Assembly (NCBI GenBank): GCA_008632985.1
Contig: QPGO01000014.1
Span: forward strand, 1 to 64,000
DNA: 64,000 bases
Direction: 5' to 3'
From: Psammoneis japonica
Lineage: Eukaryota
The notes beneath the pieces were generated by a model. It made no database searches, was not told the origin of the DNA, and worked only from the letters and a program-made list of their open reading frames with translations. Shown here piece after piece: positions 1 through 11,452 of this stretch. Made by a program: the position numbers and the translations under genes. Within the stretch, counting starts at the first letter, position 1, and every line of letters starts with the position of its first letter.

Positions 1-3000
1 AGGTTTCGAACGGCAGGATCGGGGGTAGCGGAGCGGACGTTGGACCGGTGGAGGATCTTCTGAGTCTCGTCAGATAGAATCTTGAAGGTCATCTGGTGGC
101 CGACGTGCTCCGCAATGCCAACGAAGCGTCCACGCAACTCACGGGATTCGGACGGCCAATCGGAGTCATCGAGGTGGAAGCACACGGGTTCCCACCAATG
201 AAAGCGAAGCAACGGGCTGATGTCCGGGGTGGAGCCAGTGAGAGTCTCGAGGGGCGTGCGCCAGTGGAGACGTGGGGATGCTGCATGGTTGAGTGTGAAG
301 CACACGCACATGAGCGCCAGCAGCCATGTGTGGGCGGGCAAACCAAAACGATCCATGACAGTGTTCGCCATGCGCTTCACGGTCTGGCATCGACGTTCGG
401 CAAAGTTTTGGTGTTGCTGGTGAGGCTCACTTTGCCAGCTAGAGATGAAGAGGGCGCGCAGGATCCCGAGCACTTTGTTGCTGATCTCAACTTGAGCACG
501 GTCGCCAGTGAGTTTGGATGGGGCACCACGTTCACGGATCTGATCCTCGAGTGTGTTGACAAACTCTTTGTCCGTCTCAGTGCCGCAGACGTCAGTGACG
601 GCAGACTCGGTGCCAACAAACAGTTGGGCGCTGGTGCAACCAGAGTCGACGGCCGGGGTGTCGGCACAAACGGTGTCAGTGGCGATGGGCTCGTTGCGGC
701 GGTGCACATTGAGGGCGGGGTTGGGTGATTTGTGGGCCTTGCGAAGGTGTGCACCGGCGGGCATGCGGGCGCACTGCGTGGTGCAGTCAAAAGTGCGACG
801 GACCGCATCGGCAGGTAAGAAGCCAAAGCAAGGCCGAAGAGACTCAAAGGGGGGGTCCTTGGGCTGGACAGTGCACTCCGGAGGTGGAACGTCGTCGCCC
901 TGGGGGCCAAACGCATGCAGATGACACTCGCAGAACACGTCGTCGTTCGGAATGAGGTGATCATCGAGGGCGGACGCGTGATCGGCAGACAAGGAAGCAG
1001 ACATGATGGTCTCGTTGACAACGACACGATGACGGTAGTTGCCGCATTCATCAAATGGGTTGGCAGTGGGATCGTCCTGCAGGTCAGAGATCGCGTCGCA
1101 CCACTGGTCGTCGTCAGTGACAGAGTGATCGAGGACGGAAGGGTCCCATGTGTCATCACCGGTGAGGATGACATGGGGCAGGGTGTCCCATTCGGCGTCA
1201 GTGTAAGGTCGCATGGCAACACAAGGCAGGCCAGCCTTGATGTCAATGGGGATGACACAGCCATCAGGAGTGGCAATGCGTTGCAAGCCGTTGGGCACCT
1301 TGACAGAGCGATCGTTGACATCCTGTTTGCACCATTCGAGCTGGCCGCAGGAATGGATGGTCTTGCCCTTGCCCATGCATGCGCACTGATGGAGGATGGC
1401 AATGACGGGACCACGCTGGGTCTCAACAACGGCACCAGCGGCGACAATGGGGATGTCCACCAATTGATGATCGTCAATGCCCTGAACGTCGACTTGGCGA
1501 GAGGTGCGTGCAATGACGCGAACGTCGTCGCCAGCAATGCCACCGTTGGCCCCACGATCGACTAGAGCCCCAGTGCGTGTGGAGCGATGAGCAGAGGCAG
1601 AGCAAATGACATTGTGGTTGTCAACGCGGCGGCAAGTGCGGCCGTCAAGTTCTGTGTCATCTGCAGAAGCTGGCGGGGTAGAGGAAGCGGTGGATGGCCC
1701 CGGTCGACTGGCATTGTGGGCTTGGTTAGGAGACAACAGACGTTGCAGATCACCGGGTGGCAGTGGCTTGCGCTTGGTGAGGTGCGCCAGGATGGGATCA
1801 TCCGAAGTGGCGTCCACATGTGGAGCGGAGTCACCAGAGTCAGCAGGAGTCGTGTTGGACAAGTTGACATCACCGTCGCTCCCAAGGCGTTGGTCGTGAA
1901 GGTTGGCCGTAACAGACTCATGGCAGTTGCTGGCTTGCGGGTTGCGGGGAGGTGGATGAGAATGCTCAAGGATGATCGCCTTGGAGGAATCGGGCAACGA
2001 ATCCCAGAGCCGTTGGTGGTCGGGAGGGAGACGTCTCCATTGGACACCGGTGAGGCTGGGACCGCGGGTGCAGGCAGCATTGGCCTGAAGGACGTCAATG
2101 TCGCTGTCAATGTCGTAGAACACATCGTCGGACGGTTCCTCGGAGCAGACGTCATGTGCGCACATGGCGCGTCGGGGAGCTCGAGGTGTCGTCTTGGGTT
2201 GAAACGTGCTGTCGTGCTGAGCTGCCGCGGAGAGGAGCAAGCCACAGCATTGATCGCATGTGAGGCTCTTGCCACTCTGCGTACGATGCTGATCAGCTTG
2301 GTTCTTGACAGCACGGAGTTCCTCGACAGGGTGCACGGCATTCTCGAGCATGACGCGCTTCTGTCCTTCAGAGAAGTGGTCACTGGCCGGGATGAGTGCC
2401 TCGCACTTGCGCAACTGATCTTGCCAATGAAGGATGAACCCGTGGGTCGGACCTTTCCAAGTGCCATCACCAAGACGTGCGGTGGTCAGGTGCGTGAGCA
2501 GGGTGGAGGACTCGACAGATGCGCGGGTGGAGGCAAGCGCGTGCTCAGACAAGGAGCGGCAGACGGTCTGTGCGTCAGAAGAACCCACATTTTCGCGAAT
2601 GAGAGCCTTGCCCTTGTCGGTGAGAAGGATGCGTTCGAAGATGGCAAACGTGTGCTTTTGCTGTTCAGCAAAGAGCAGTTTGTCTTCGGGGCTGGTCGGT
2701 TTGCACGACGAGTCTAGAGTGCACTCGACGTCTTGGGCACGGGCTTGTGCCACAAGTGAGGTGTGCCAAGTGTGCCACTGCTTGTCGGATTTGAGAGCTG
2801 TGAAAGCGGTGGGGTCACGCTTGATGCCTCGCTTGAAGTCCCGCACCGGGTCGCGTGCCTTGGTCGGGTTGGTGACATGTGGAGGTGCAAGGGGTGAGCT
2901 GCCGATGGACACAGAAGACATGCAGTCGGGGCTGAGGCAGCAGGCAAGGAACTCGTCATGCGTGAACAAAGAGGAGTCGTTGGCAACGTCAAGACCTTTG

Positions 3001-3254
3001 TGTGCTTTGACAATGTGCAGACTGACTGGTGCTGCCAACATGTTCTTGTGACCACGGGGCAAAGGGATTGCATCAGTGCCGTTGTCGCACTCAAGCGAGT
3101 CGATTTGGGACGGTGTGAACGTGAATGGTTCCTGATGCGAGTCCATGCCGTCTTGGGCCAAAGCCAAACGAAGAGGACTCCCAGCACCTTGGGCAAGCAC
3201 GGTTCCAACCACGTGCTCGAAACCATCGGTTTGTTGCTGACGAGTGAGAACCAT
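1..3254 (-). CDS. Copia gag-pol polyprotein, partial; frame open for about 1084 codons but hypermutated (Tyr almost absent)
   Basis: ATG at 3254 (MVLTRQQQTDGFEHVVG...) is in the same frame as the integrase motifs at 1-780. The ORF track lists nothing in this frame, consistent with no stop before the window edge. Confidence 0.85.
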   Translation of the reverse strand, partial: MVLTRQQQTDGFEHVVGTVLAQGAGSPLRLALAQDGMDSHQEPFTFTPSQIDSLECDNGTDAIPLPRGHKNMLAAPVSLHIVKAHKGLDVANDSSLFTHDEFLACCLSPDCMSSVSIGSSPLAPPHVTNPTKARDPVRDFKRGIKRDPTAFTALKSDKQWHTWHTSLVAQARAQDVECTLDSSCKPTSPEDKLLFAEQQKHTFAIFERILLTDKGKALIRENVGSSDAQTVCRSLSEHALASTRASVESSTLLTHLTTARLGDGTWKGPTHGFILHWQDQLRKCEALIPASDHFSEGQKRVMLENAVHPVEELRAVKNQADQHRTQSGKSLTCDQCCGLLLSAAAQHDSTFQPKTTPRAPRRAMCAHDVCSEEPSDDVFYDIDSDIDVLQANAACTRGPSLTGVQWRRLPPDHQRLWDSLPDSSKAIILEHSHPPPRNPQASNCHESVTANLHDQRLGSDGDVNLSNTTPADSGDSAPHVDATSDDPILAHLTKRKPLPPGDLQRLLSPNQAHNASRPGPSTASSTPPASADDTELDGRTCRRVDNHNVICSASAHRSTRTGALVDRGANGGIAGDDVRVIARTSRQVDVQGIDDHQLVDIPIVAAGAVVETQRGPVIAILHQCACMGKGKTIHSCGQLEWCKQDVNDRSVKVPNGLQRIATPDGCVIPIDIKAGLPCVAMRPYTDAEWDTLPHVILTGDDTWDPSVLDHSVTDDDQWCDAISDLQDDPTANPFDECGNYRHRVVVNETIMSASLSADHASALDDHLIPNDDVFCECHLHAFGPQGDDVPPPECTVQPKDPPFESLRPCFGFLPADAVRRTFDCTTQCARMPAGAHLRKAHKSPNPALNVHRRNEPIATDTVCADTPAVDSGCTSAQLFVGTESAVTDVCGTETDKEFVNTLEDQIRERGAPSKLTGDRAQVEISNKVLGILRALFISSWQSEPHQQHQNFAERRCQTVKRMANTVMDRFGLPAHTWLLALMCVCFTLNHAASPRLHWRTPLETLTGSTPDISPLLRFHWWEPVCFHLDDSDWPSESRELRGRFVGIAEHVGHQMTFKILSDETQKILHRSNVRSATPDPAVRN

Positions 3255-3511
3255 GGCAGACAAAAGTGGTGTCAGGACAATCAATTCTGGTTGGGAAGAG
3301 AAGGTGGACTCGAAACTTGGGTGAGAACAGACTTGACTTGAAATGGACTTGACTTGAAATCTTGAACTGTCTTAAAATCAGAAGTCGCCGGGCTTTGTCA
3401 TCCCGTTCGTTGTCAAGTGCTGAACTTCCTGTCCGGTCCGCAGAGTTGTGCCGGCACGTCCGAACCCGCAGCCAGCGGCTCTTTGGGTTGCTTGCGAGCG
3501 GAGCAGCGGGT

Positions 3512-4038
3512 TGTAAACCCCTGCAGGTGAGCTGACTGGAGGTGGACAAGACCCCCGAACCGTTCTCATTTTATGTCGGTTGGATTTCCCGATCAGGCTG
3601 GCCAGTTGACGCAGGCGTCAGGCGCTGTGGACGAACAAACAAACGTGGGAAAGCACCCTCGCCCCAACGCAGGCTGCAATCACGGCTGCTTGCTCTCACA
3701 GTCGTCCTTGTGGACCTAGCAGAACTGCAGAGCACCAGCAGTCCGGGGTAGATCAGGTACAATGGACTCGGTGTGCCTGTAGAGTGGCAGCAAAACCGCA
3801 GTCCGAAGAGTGGGTACAGGTTCTTGGCCGTGAAGATATGTATATATATATATGTCTTCAGCGACGAAGATCCTTGAATATGTAGGGTTCTTGACCGTTA
3901 ACCGATGAATAGGTATATCAAGGGATGAGGATCAAGGATAGACTTGGATATGACCGTTGAATGTATGTCTTCAGCGGTCAAAGGTAGTATAATCAATCCA
4001 GATATCCAGCGGTAAGGAGACTTGACGGTGACGTTAAC
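3512..4038 (-). repeat. Putative 5' LTR of the Copia element
   Basis: Non-coding sequence upstream of gag, ending ...GGGTTTACA on the minus strand at 3512, with a (TA)n/TATA-like tract at about 3840-3852. The partner LTR is outside the window, so the boundaries are unverified. Confidence 0.4.
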
Positions 4039-4368
4039 TTCCTGCCGATGCCCTGGTATCGAATGCGCGTAGACTTGCCGATGTATGTAGAATATATACG
4101 GAGGTCCACGTAGAATTGAAATAGCGTCGTTGGTAAATCAACGACGACGATGGCGGTTGCTCAATGGGTTGACAATGAGCAAGACTGTTAATCTGACAGA
4201 AAATGAAGGCAAATGGCAAGAATTCAAACAATAACTCCTTACTGCTGTCTAAATAGCAGATGAGTCTCCGCTCAGAGACCGTTACAGGAGCCGAAAGACG
4301 TGTAAGTCGGTATAATCGGGCTACTGTTATTATTCTTGTGAGCCTTGTGGCTCGAAAGCAAACTACAT

Positions 4369-7300
4369 CGCGCGTGAACGCGCGGAACTAAAGCACACAA
4401 AACTGTGCACGGTAAACTAAACAGCGCGCGATGCTTCGCGCGCACCTAAATCCTGTTCAAATCCTGTCAGCAAAATTCAAGAGCACAGTGCTGCAGGTGT
4501 TTTTGACATGTGGTGACAGCATGCCAGGGTGCTCATCTGGCATTGGTCAATCTTCCATGTCACCTCATTTTTGTTGATGATGTTGATTCTCATTCACAGC
4601 AAACAGAGAGTTTGTCATCAATGGCACATCATTGGCATTGCAAGTGTGCAAAGTTGAGCACAATGGCTTGCACCAGCCAAGCAAGCTGCACACAAGAATG
4701 CTGGACATGAGAAAGGCCACAGAATGGCACATGGCAAAGTGGTAAAAGATGCTTCAACACCTGCTTGTGGAATGAAGAAATGGTGCTGTTGCTGCCCCCA
4801 GAGTTGCTGCATTGCACCAGGAGTGTGGGGTTGAAAATTTCAGAGCCAAGATTCCAATCAGTGAATGAGTTGGCATTGCAAGAAGCCTCTGAAGTGCACC
4901 TTGTTGGATTGCTTGAGGATGGCAACATTTTTGTGCCATTCATGCCAAGTGTGTTGCCATCACTCCCAGAGACCTCATGTGTTGGCTCAATGCATTCATT
5001 GGTCATGGGGGGTGTTTGCAGAAGAGAGGGCTGTGGTCTGTTGATTGGAAGCAAGAAACATGCATGACCAGTTGCAATGATGTGTCATGGGTCATGGGTG
5101 CACATGTCATTTGGCTTCCAGTTCAATGATGACAAGGTGGTTTGTGTGTGTTGTGCATTGGCAGTGCTTTCTTTGCAATGTTGCACAATGGTGTCTTGCT
5201 TGTGATGTGTTGTCTCATGTGGCATTGCACACAAAACTCTGTTTTGGGATGTTGATGAGCAATGTGCAATGTCTTGCATCTGTGTTTGACAGAGCGATGA
5301 ATTCATGCAAATGCAACCACAGCACAGCACTGACCTTGTTCATTTGCAACCTGCATGATGACCACAGAGTCTTTCAGCCTCTCTCATGCCATCACACCTG
5401 CCACAAACATTCATGTGTGGGCAGCATTGCCACAGCATGAGAAAGGACACTCAATGTCAGCAGACAAGAAGCCCCACATGCATGCATGCACACTTGACAA
5501 AAGCAAGCAACTCAACCTTTCATCAACAACTCAGACACCAACAAATGTCATTGAATTTGATGCTTCACAATGACCCCAAGGCCGCCAAACAACATGGACG
5601 TTCTTTTTCTTGTTGTTTGCCACCACCAAGTCAGAAAACACAAGAAGATGGAAAGAAACTGCTGCAAGATGAGAGGCAACTTGGCAACCAGAAAAAGCTG
5701 CAGCCCTTTTTTCTTTGATGCAGCCTCCAGCTTCTTCCAGCTGCTCCGCTCAGAGTGCAAGCTGTTGCAAAATCCAGCCCTCCACAATCCTTGACAGGAT
5801 GTGGCACTCCACTTGTTGCTGCCACACAAGTGCAGCACATGTGTTTGTGTGGCTTGCAAAAAAATGTGGAAACATGGTGAGTGAAAATGCTGAGTTTGGC
5901 TGCTGTTGTTTGGGGCTGTCAAAAACAATGAAAGAGGAGCTGTCACAAAATGCAATGCAGCCAGTGTTCAAGAGGGCAAACTGGCTGGTGCAAAGAAGCC
6001 TTGCCCAAACAAGCACAAATTCTTCTGTTTCCTTGGTGTTGGAAATGGCTCTGCCTGAACTCAGCTGCACAGCCACATGCTGCCTGCAATGAGTGGCTCC
6101 TCTCAAGTTCAAGAAAAGGAAACAGAGGAAAGACAGTTCATTGACTTGACATGAAGTTCATTGTGACATCTCTGTTCATGATGCAGCGGGGTCATTCTCC
6201 ACCAAAGACAAAACTTGCCAGGAAGGAGCGACAAGAAGAAACATGATGTTGTTTGGAAACCTGTTTGTGGCAGCCAGCAGGCATTGTCCTGCACAAATGT
6301 GCACATTGCCAATCTCTTTCCTGATGCAGGGGGAGGAAGCAGCAGCCTGCAATGGCAACAGCAGTGCTAGCATGCTGTGCCACAAAGTCCAACTTGGGTG
6401 CAAGCATTGTGTTCAGAGTTTCCCACCAGCTTGTTCTCTTTGGCTGTCATTTCAAAGAGGTCTGCAATCACAGCCCATGGGTTCTTGCCCAATTTTGAAA
6501 ATTTGAAACTGATTTAACCAACTTTCTGCACTCACAATTGCACCTTCCATCTGGGAGTTGCTTGCAGCACCAACCACAGCTTTTGATGCAGTGAAGATCA
6601 CCACAGTGCCCCACAATGGCACCTCCCTGTTCTTGCCTCTGTTTTGGCCACACAACAGACATGTGCAAAGGAGCCAAAAATTATGGGAGGGTTTAAAGCT
6701 CCTCCTGAAAATGGAGATGCCTTGTTGCTTCAATCATTTTCTCAAAGCATTTCTTGGGTGTGTGTTTTCCTTGCCACAGGGGCCATTGGCAGGTGCTTCT
6801 TGGGGCTTCATCATCTGGCAAAAGCACCACAGCAGCTGCAGGGTCAGACCTCACACATCCCATGTTGCGAGCACAGCAGTCTTTGAGATTGAAAGGGGAA
6901 AATGGGCAAGTCAACAAAAAACAAGCTCTTTGTTCCTCAGCAGATGAGTTTTTGATGCTTTGCCACAAGAAGCTTTCCCCTCAGAGTCCTCGTCATTGTC
7001 CTGCCTTGTTGTTGTTGCCACCACAGCTGTGCTCCTTGGGAGGCAAGAGACTGATCCCTCTCACAGCCACATTTGTCACCAGCATGGCCACTGTGTGATG
7101 TGTCATCATCTCACTGTTAAATTGTCAAAGTCTTTCATCAACATCATTTGTGACATTTTTAGATTGTTGGCTGCATTCTCAAGATTCAAAACATCCCTCA
7201 TCTCACAAAGTCAGTCATTGATGTCTCTCTTCAGTTTGCAGCCATGCTGGTTTCTCCATGGAGAACACTTTCAACACCATCTGCTGTTGCACTGCAACCT

Positions 7301-8320
7301 TGAGTTGCAGCTCTCTCATTGTAGCTCTCTCATCAACACAAGCTGTTCCACAAAATCTTGGCTGGTGCGAGCCCCAGCCGGTGCTGCGTGGCACTCATTC
7401 TGCCACCAGAAAAGCACTGTCAGTTGGTCCACTGAAGCTTCCATCTGCTGCCAATGTTGATTCATTCATTTCAACCAAATTGCCATGTTGTCTCTCATTC
7501 TGAATGACATCCCCCATTGGTGTCAGACAATGCTGCACCGACACCCCCCTTCCGCTGCCATTCCTCGTTGACAAGCTGGTGCCAGCACTTGCACGTGCCA
7601 AGGAGCCAACCTTTGATCCCCAACACACTCCAGTTTGAAATGTCATTGCCAGATCATTTCAAACCAAACCCAGGCTGAGTTCCTTTGACTCTCTGAGTCC
7701 CCTGTCCATCACTGACTGTCACTCAAGTGATGCCACATTGCAGGATGCTCTTGTTGCGCTGTTGATCATCAAGCTTTGCTTGGCATGTGGGTCCACAAGT
7801 TGTTGACTCAAGAGCATCTCTGTTGGTCCATTCTTGAGTTTGTTGCATGCATCAGGCACTGCAGCAGCTACAGCAAGTCATCCTTTCAAGTCTCTGCCCC
7901 ATGAACACACGCCTGTTGCTCCCACACAACTCCCCCCCCTTCACCAGCTCTGTTTTCCAAGATCCGGCATGAGTCCAGCACCATTCTCTGCAGCTCTGCC
8001 ATTTGAAGCATGACTGTCTACAGCACCACTGACCATGGGTCCACCACCTCAGCCACTGCCCCTGTGTGGCGGACCTCGTCAAACACTGGCTTTTCTTTCG
8101 ACACTGCGACTCTCCCGCTCCTCTTCTCACTGGCCTCTTCATTGTGTCTTTTGTTGTCTCACATGTGTTTTGCGCTGTGTTTCCATGATGACCAGATGAT
8201 GCACTCCATGGCACAAGCACCAGCAACAGTGAGGATAACAGCTCCAAACAGGTGCAGTGGTTGCAGACCGAAAGTCTTCCATCAAAATTCAAACAACGAA
8301 AAACCCAACACACACGATGG
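4369..8320. mobile_element. Degenerate TpA- and CpG-depleted repeat block, unclassified (possible Helitron-like end at left)
   Basis: About 11 TpA in 4490-8320 by hand count and very few CpG; two GC-rich hairpins at 4369-4384 and 4424-4443; contains a histone H3 relic. Confidence 0.55.
4663..5006 (+). pseudogene. Histone H3-like pseudogene (divergent tail, internal deletion, frameshifts)
   Basis: MACT..KQAAHKNAG; GMKKWCCCCP.VAALHQ; EPRFQSVNELALQEASEVHLVGLLEDGN; CAIHAKCVAITPRDLM.LAQCIH are colinear with H3 [73 protein letters not shown]. Confidence 0.85.
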
Positions 8321-8899
8321 GTGCTATCTAAAGCTTGCCAAACAATGGGTTATGTGCCATGTGACCAATTCAACGCGTCGGCTGTCCATCGAAAAAAATA
8401 ATTATTGATACTCCGGGTTTCTTGCTGTTGTTACGCAGATGTCTTTTGTCGATCGGCATTGAGCATGCAATTCAAAAATTTCTTCCAACTTCCACCCATC
8501 AATGGACTGTTTGCCGTCTCTTGTTTATTGTATCATCGCAGAGACACCACGAGTCTTTCGTTGATGTGTTAGTTCAAAGGACCTTTTGGTGAAGTGAGGG
8601 GCGAAACTCTGATTGACAAGAAAGACGCGCCAGAGATTTCTTTTAAAAAGTGCTGCAAATCCAATCATGCTTCGAAATCCCAGATTCGTCGGAGTGTTCT
8701 TTGCATTTTGCGTTCTTCGCTTCATAGTTTCTCCTCCGCTTCACTTTTTCTTTGAGCCGGTCGCTTCGATGGGCCCATCAAGTGTCTACGTTCAAGGTAG
8801 GTTCGTGTGTTTGCGGTGATTTCTGTTAAGCTTGGGCCTACAACTGTTCACGTCGAATCTTGCTAACTATGACCGACGTCTGTACAATTCTCCAAATGA

Positions 8900-9776
8900 C
8901 TCTATCCAGGAGCTGGATTCTCAGGCTTTTGGTTTCATTTAGGCCGACTCCAGTCTATTCCAACCTTGGGGATCACGACTTTTACTGTTACTCTTCCGGA
9001 TGCCTTAGTAAGTGTCGCTCGTTACAATATTGTGACCCATCGCGAAACAAATCCGATACATTCAATTTGTGCTTATACTTTGTATACTGGAAATAGGTGT
9101 CGTTATGGCTTTGCTGAATGTGACTATGGATTCAGCGTTGGAAAAAACGCTATCGATTCAGTCCATGTGGCAGAGCGGGGATATCTCGAGATTTGATTAG
9201 TTGATAGCTTCCTCGATGAGTTGCTTCCTGTGGAGGAACAAAAGGAACGAGAAGAGATGCTGGAGAGAATCAATGTTCTAGTCACGACGGTTAGTGAAGG
9301 AGTCACGGTAAACAAGCCAAAAACATTTTCGGAGCTACGTGAACTCCTTATTCGGACCACTTGGATGTAAGTAAAGATGGATGCACGGTTGCCCTCACAT
9401 AGCTCTATGTGCTGTTCATACATAGTATGAATTTGGAGTGAATCCACGAATGGAATTTCTGGTTGCTTGGCGCACTTCTTTCTAACTTGATTGTTCAACC
9501 TTTTGTTCTCTGATTCATTGTAGACCATATGTCACAGGCAGCAGGCTGTGGGTAGAGGATAAGCAGGGTGGGATCCATTTGGACGGCGCGTTTTCATCCA
9601 CGCTTCACCCCAAGTGTCAGTACGATTTGAGTATCCCATTCACAATGGATACACTTCATACATACATACACACATTGAACCCAGCAATTGATAAAGAGCA
9701 AGTAAGACGATTTTGGGAGGTGGGCAGACAACACGGCCCTCTTCATAGGATAGACAGTTCTGTAGTAGAACTGTAG
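8900..9776 (+). pseudogene. Patatin-like phospholipase gene remnant (frameshift, in-frame stop, no clear start)
   Basis: PGAGFSGFWFHLGRL (Gly-rich loop), then after a 1-nt shift DFYCYSSGCL followed by a GTAAGT donor; TGA at 9194-9196 inside the presumed exon; later LDGAFSSTLHPKC (DGx motif). Confidence 0.5.
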
Positions 9777-10532
9777 TGCGATGAGAGAGATAGAGACATA
9801 ATATAAGAATAGAACTACAACTCGTCACAGTTAATCGAAACTACTTCTAGCATGCAAAAGCCGAGTCCAACAGAAACAGACGCATAGATTATGGGATGGC
9901 CAGCCACCCTCCTGTATTGCAGAGGGGACGGGATTGTGAGTACCACGACGTCTTGCAGATCTCGCCGCCTGTTAGTCACTCTACCCATACTGAGTTTTTT
10001 GAACAGTGTCACCCAGATCTTATGGATCTCGTCTCGATACCGTGTATAAAAGGTGCTAAAGCGACCTTTCTGTCATCAAAGATATCAACATTTTGAAGAC
10101 AGTAGGCGACCATCGTGTTTGTTTACGTATGGTACTTCTAGTACGACTAACATCTGGCCTACGATATCCACGGCACCGGACAAACATCTACAATCTGTCA
10201 CAGAGTCTCACCATTGAGATTATTAGAATGCGTCGTCCAGTTCTTCCAGGGTGAAGATAGCTTTACAGTCGATGCCACTCTCTAGAAGACCACTTCGGGA
10301 CAAAACTACAGCGCAAGCCAATACAAGCATTCGCCAACTTATCATGCACGGGTACTTCGTCATCATTTTTAATCCCTTTCGGTTTCTGCTATAACATTCC
10401 TTTTATGCCACATGGCTGCAACAGTATTCTATACAAAAAAGCTCCCACTGCTCTGAACGAGAGATCATGAGTGAAACCCGTCCTGATAACTCCAAGCTGA
10501 GAAGATGCTACTTTCTGATTTACCGAACAATA

Positions 10533-11452
10533 TCAGATCTTATCAATCTTAGAAAAGGCGCCTCCACCGGTAACCTTTCTAAGAACCTCCTTTTCTTTCT
10601 CAACGTCTTTTGAGGTTGTATCGGCTTTCATCATTCCTGCCATCATGCTCTTGTACGACGTCTTCTTCTTTTTCTTCTTCTTCTTTGGAGTTTCAGCTGA
10701 CACGGTCTTTGGTGTCGCTTCTGATGGAGCAGCCTCATCAATATCCATAGGTGATGGAGTCTCCTCCACTGTCTCTAATGCAGTTTTCTCATTCGATGCT
10801 ACCTCTACGGGTGCCGGGGCCGCCTTACAGGTAGCTTCCTCTTTCTTTTGTAATGCTATCCAACATTTCGAGCAGCAGTCCCCAGTCGCGCCGCTTCCCT
10901 ATAATCCAAAATAATAGTACGCACAGAGGTGAGACTTACATGTGATTAAACGCACAAGACAGAAGACAAAGACAAGAAACACTAGGCGCAAAGAATGCTC
11001 CAACGCACACAACGACGACGACAGACGGAATGCTGCTGCAACTTCCTCGCGCGAAAAAAATGGCATACAATCGCACGAAGTGCCGCGGAGAAGCACGCAG
11101 ACCGACATCGAAAAAAGTGCCAAAAGCACGACCAATATGTTCGTCGCCAACTGCAAACCATGGAGACGCTCCGCCATTGTCTGTGTGCGATTGCGATTCT
11201 GCCAGGCACATCCGGAGTTCAAACGTCGAGCGCCATCGTCGGGTGTCAACATATTCCGGATACGATTCGCGAATGCAACATAAACCCGCCTACGCAAAAT
11301 GCCGTAGAACCAGTACCACAAAAACAATTGGAATTCCGACAAAACGCGACCGCGTCTCTGACACGCCATGGCATACTTACAAAGAAGCCGCAACCCATTT
11401 TGCAGAGAACAGGATCTGATGGTGCTTTCGTGGTTTGAGATTGTTCGCTCAT
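10533..11452 (-). CDS. A20-type zinc-finger protein (exons 11452-11381 and 10898-10533)
   Basis: VLCKMGCGFF|GSGATGDCCSKCW joined in frame across a GT-AG intron; Lys-rich C-terminus; no AN1 finger seen. Confidence 0.85.

Larger units (their letters stand above)
1..4038 (-). mobile_element. Ty1/Copia LTR retrotransposon of the diatom CoDi type, 5' half (LTR, gag, protease region, integrase); continues beyond the left edge of the window
   Basis: Minus-strand polyprotein with gag-like DFKRGIKRD...KSDKQW and CoDi-like integrase core (ATDTV...KLTGDRAQ...SEPHQQHQNFAERR). Non-coding LTR-like segment at about 3512-4038; outer boundary uncertain. Confidence 0.9.

Noticed and set aside
96..3051. Long plus-strand and off-frame ORFs over the Copia element
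   Set aside because: Shadow frames of gag-pol kept open by the lack of TAA/TAG.
1..3254. Alternative genetic code or Tyr codon reassignment
   Set aside because: Neighbouring host genes use TAT/TAC normally, and non-coding parts of the blocks lack TpA too.
5790..5850. Possible transposase catalytic motif (CGSNK/VE) on the minus strand
   Set aside because: Requires a frameshift and has no supporting upstream motif.
4490..8320. Classical fungal RIP or CpG deamination alone as the explanation
   Set aside because: Both are C->T processes: RIP raises TpA, and CpG decay leaves it unchanged. The Copia copy has lost TpA with CpG intact.
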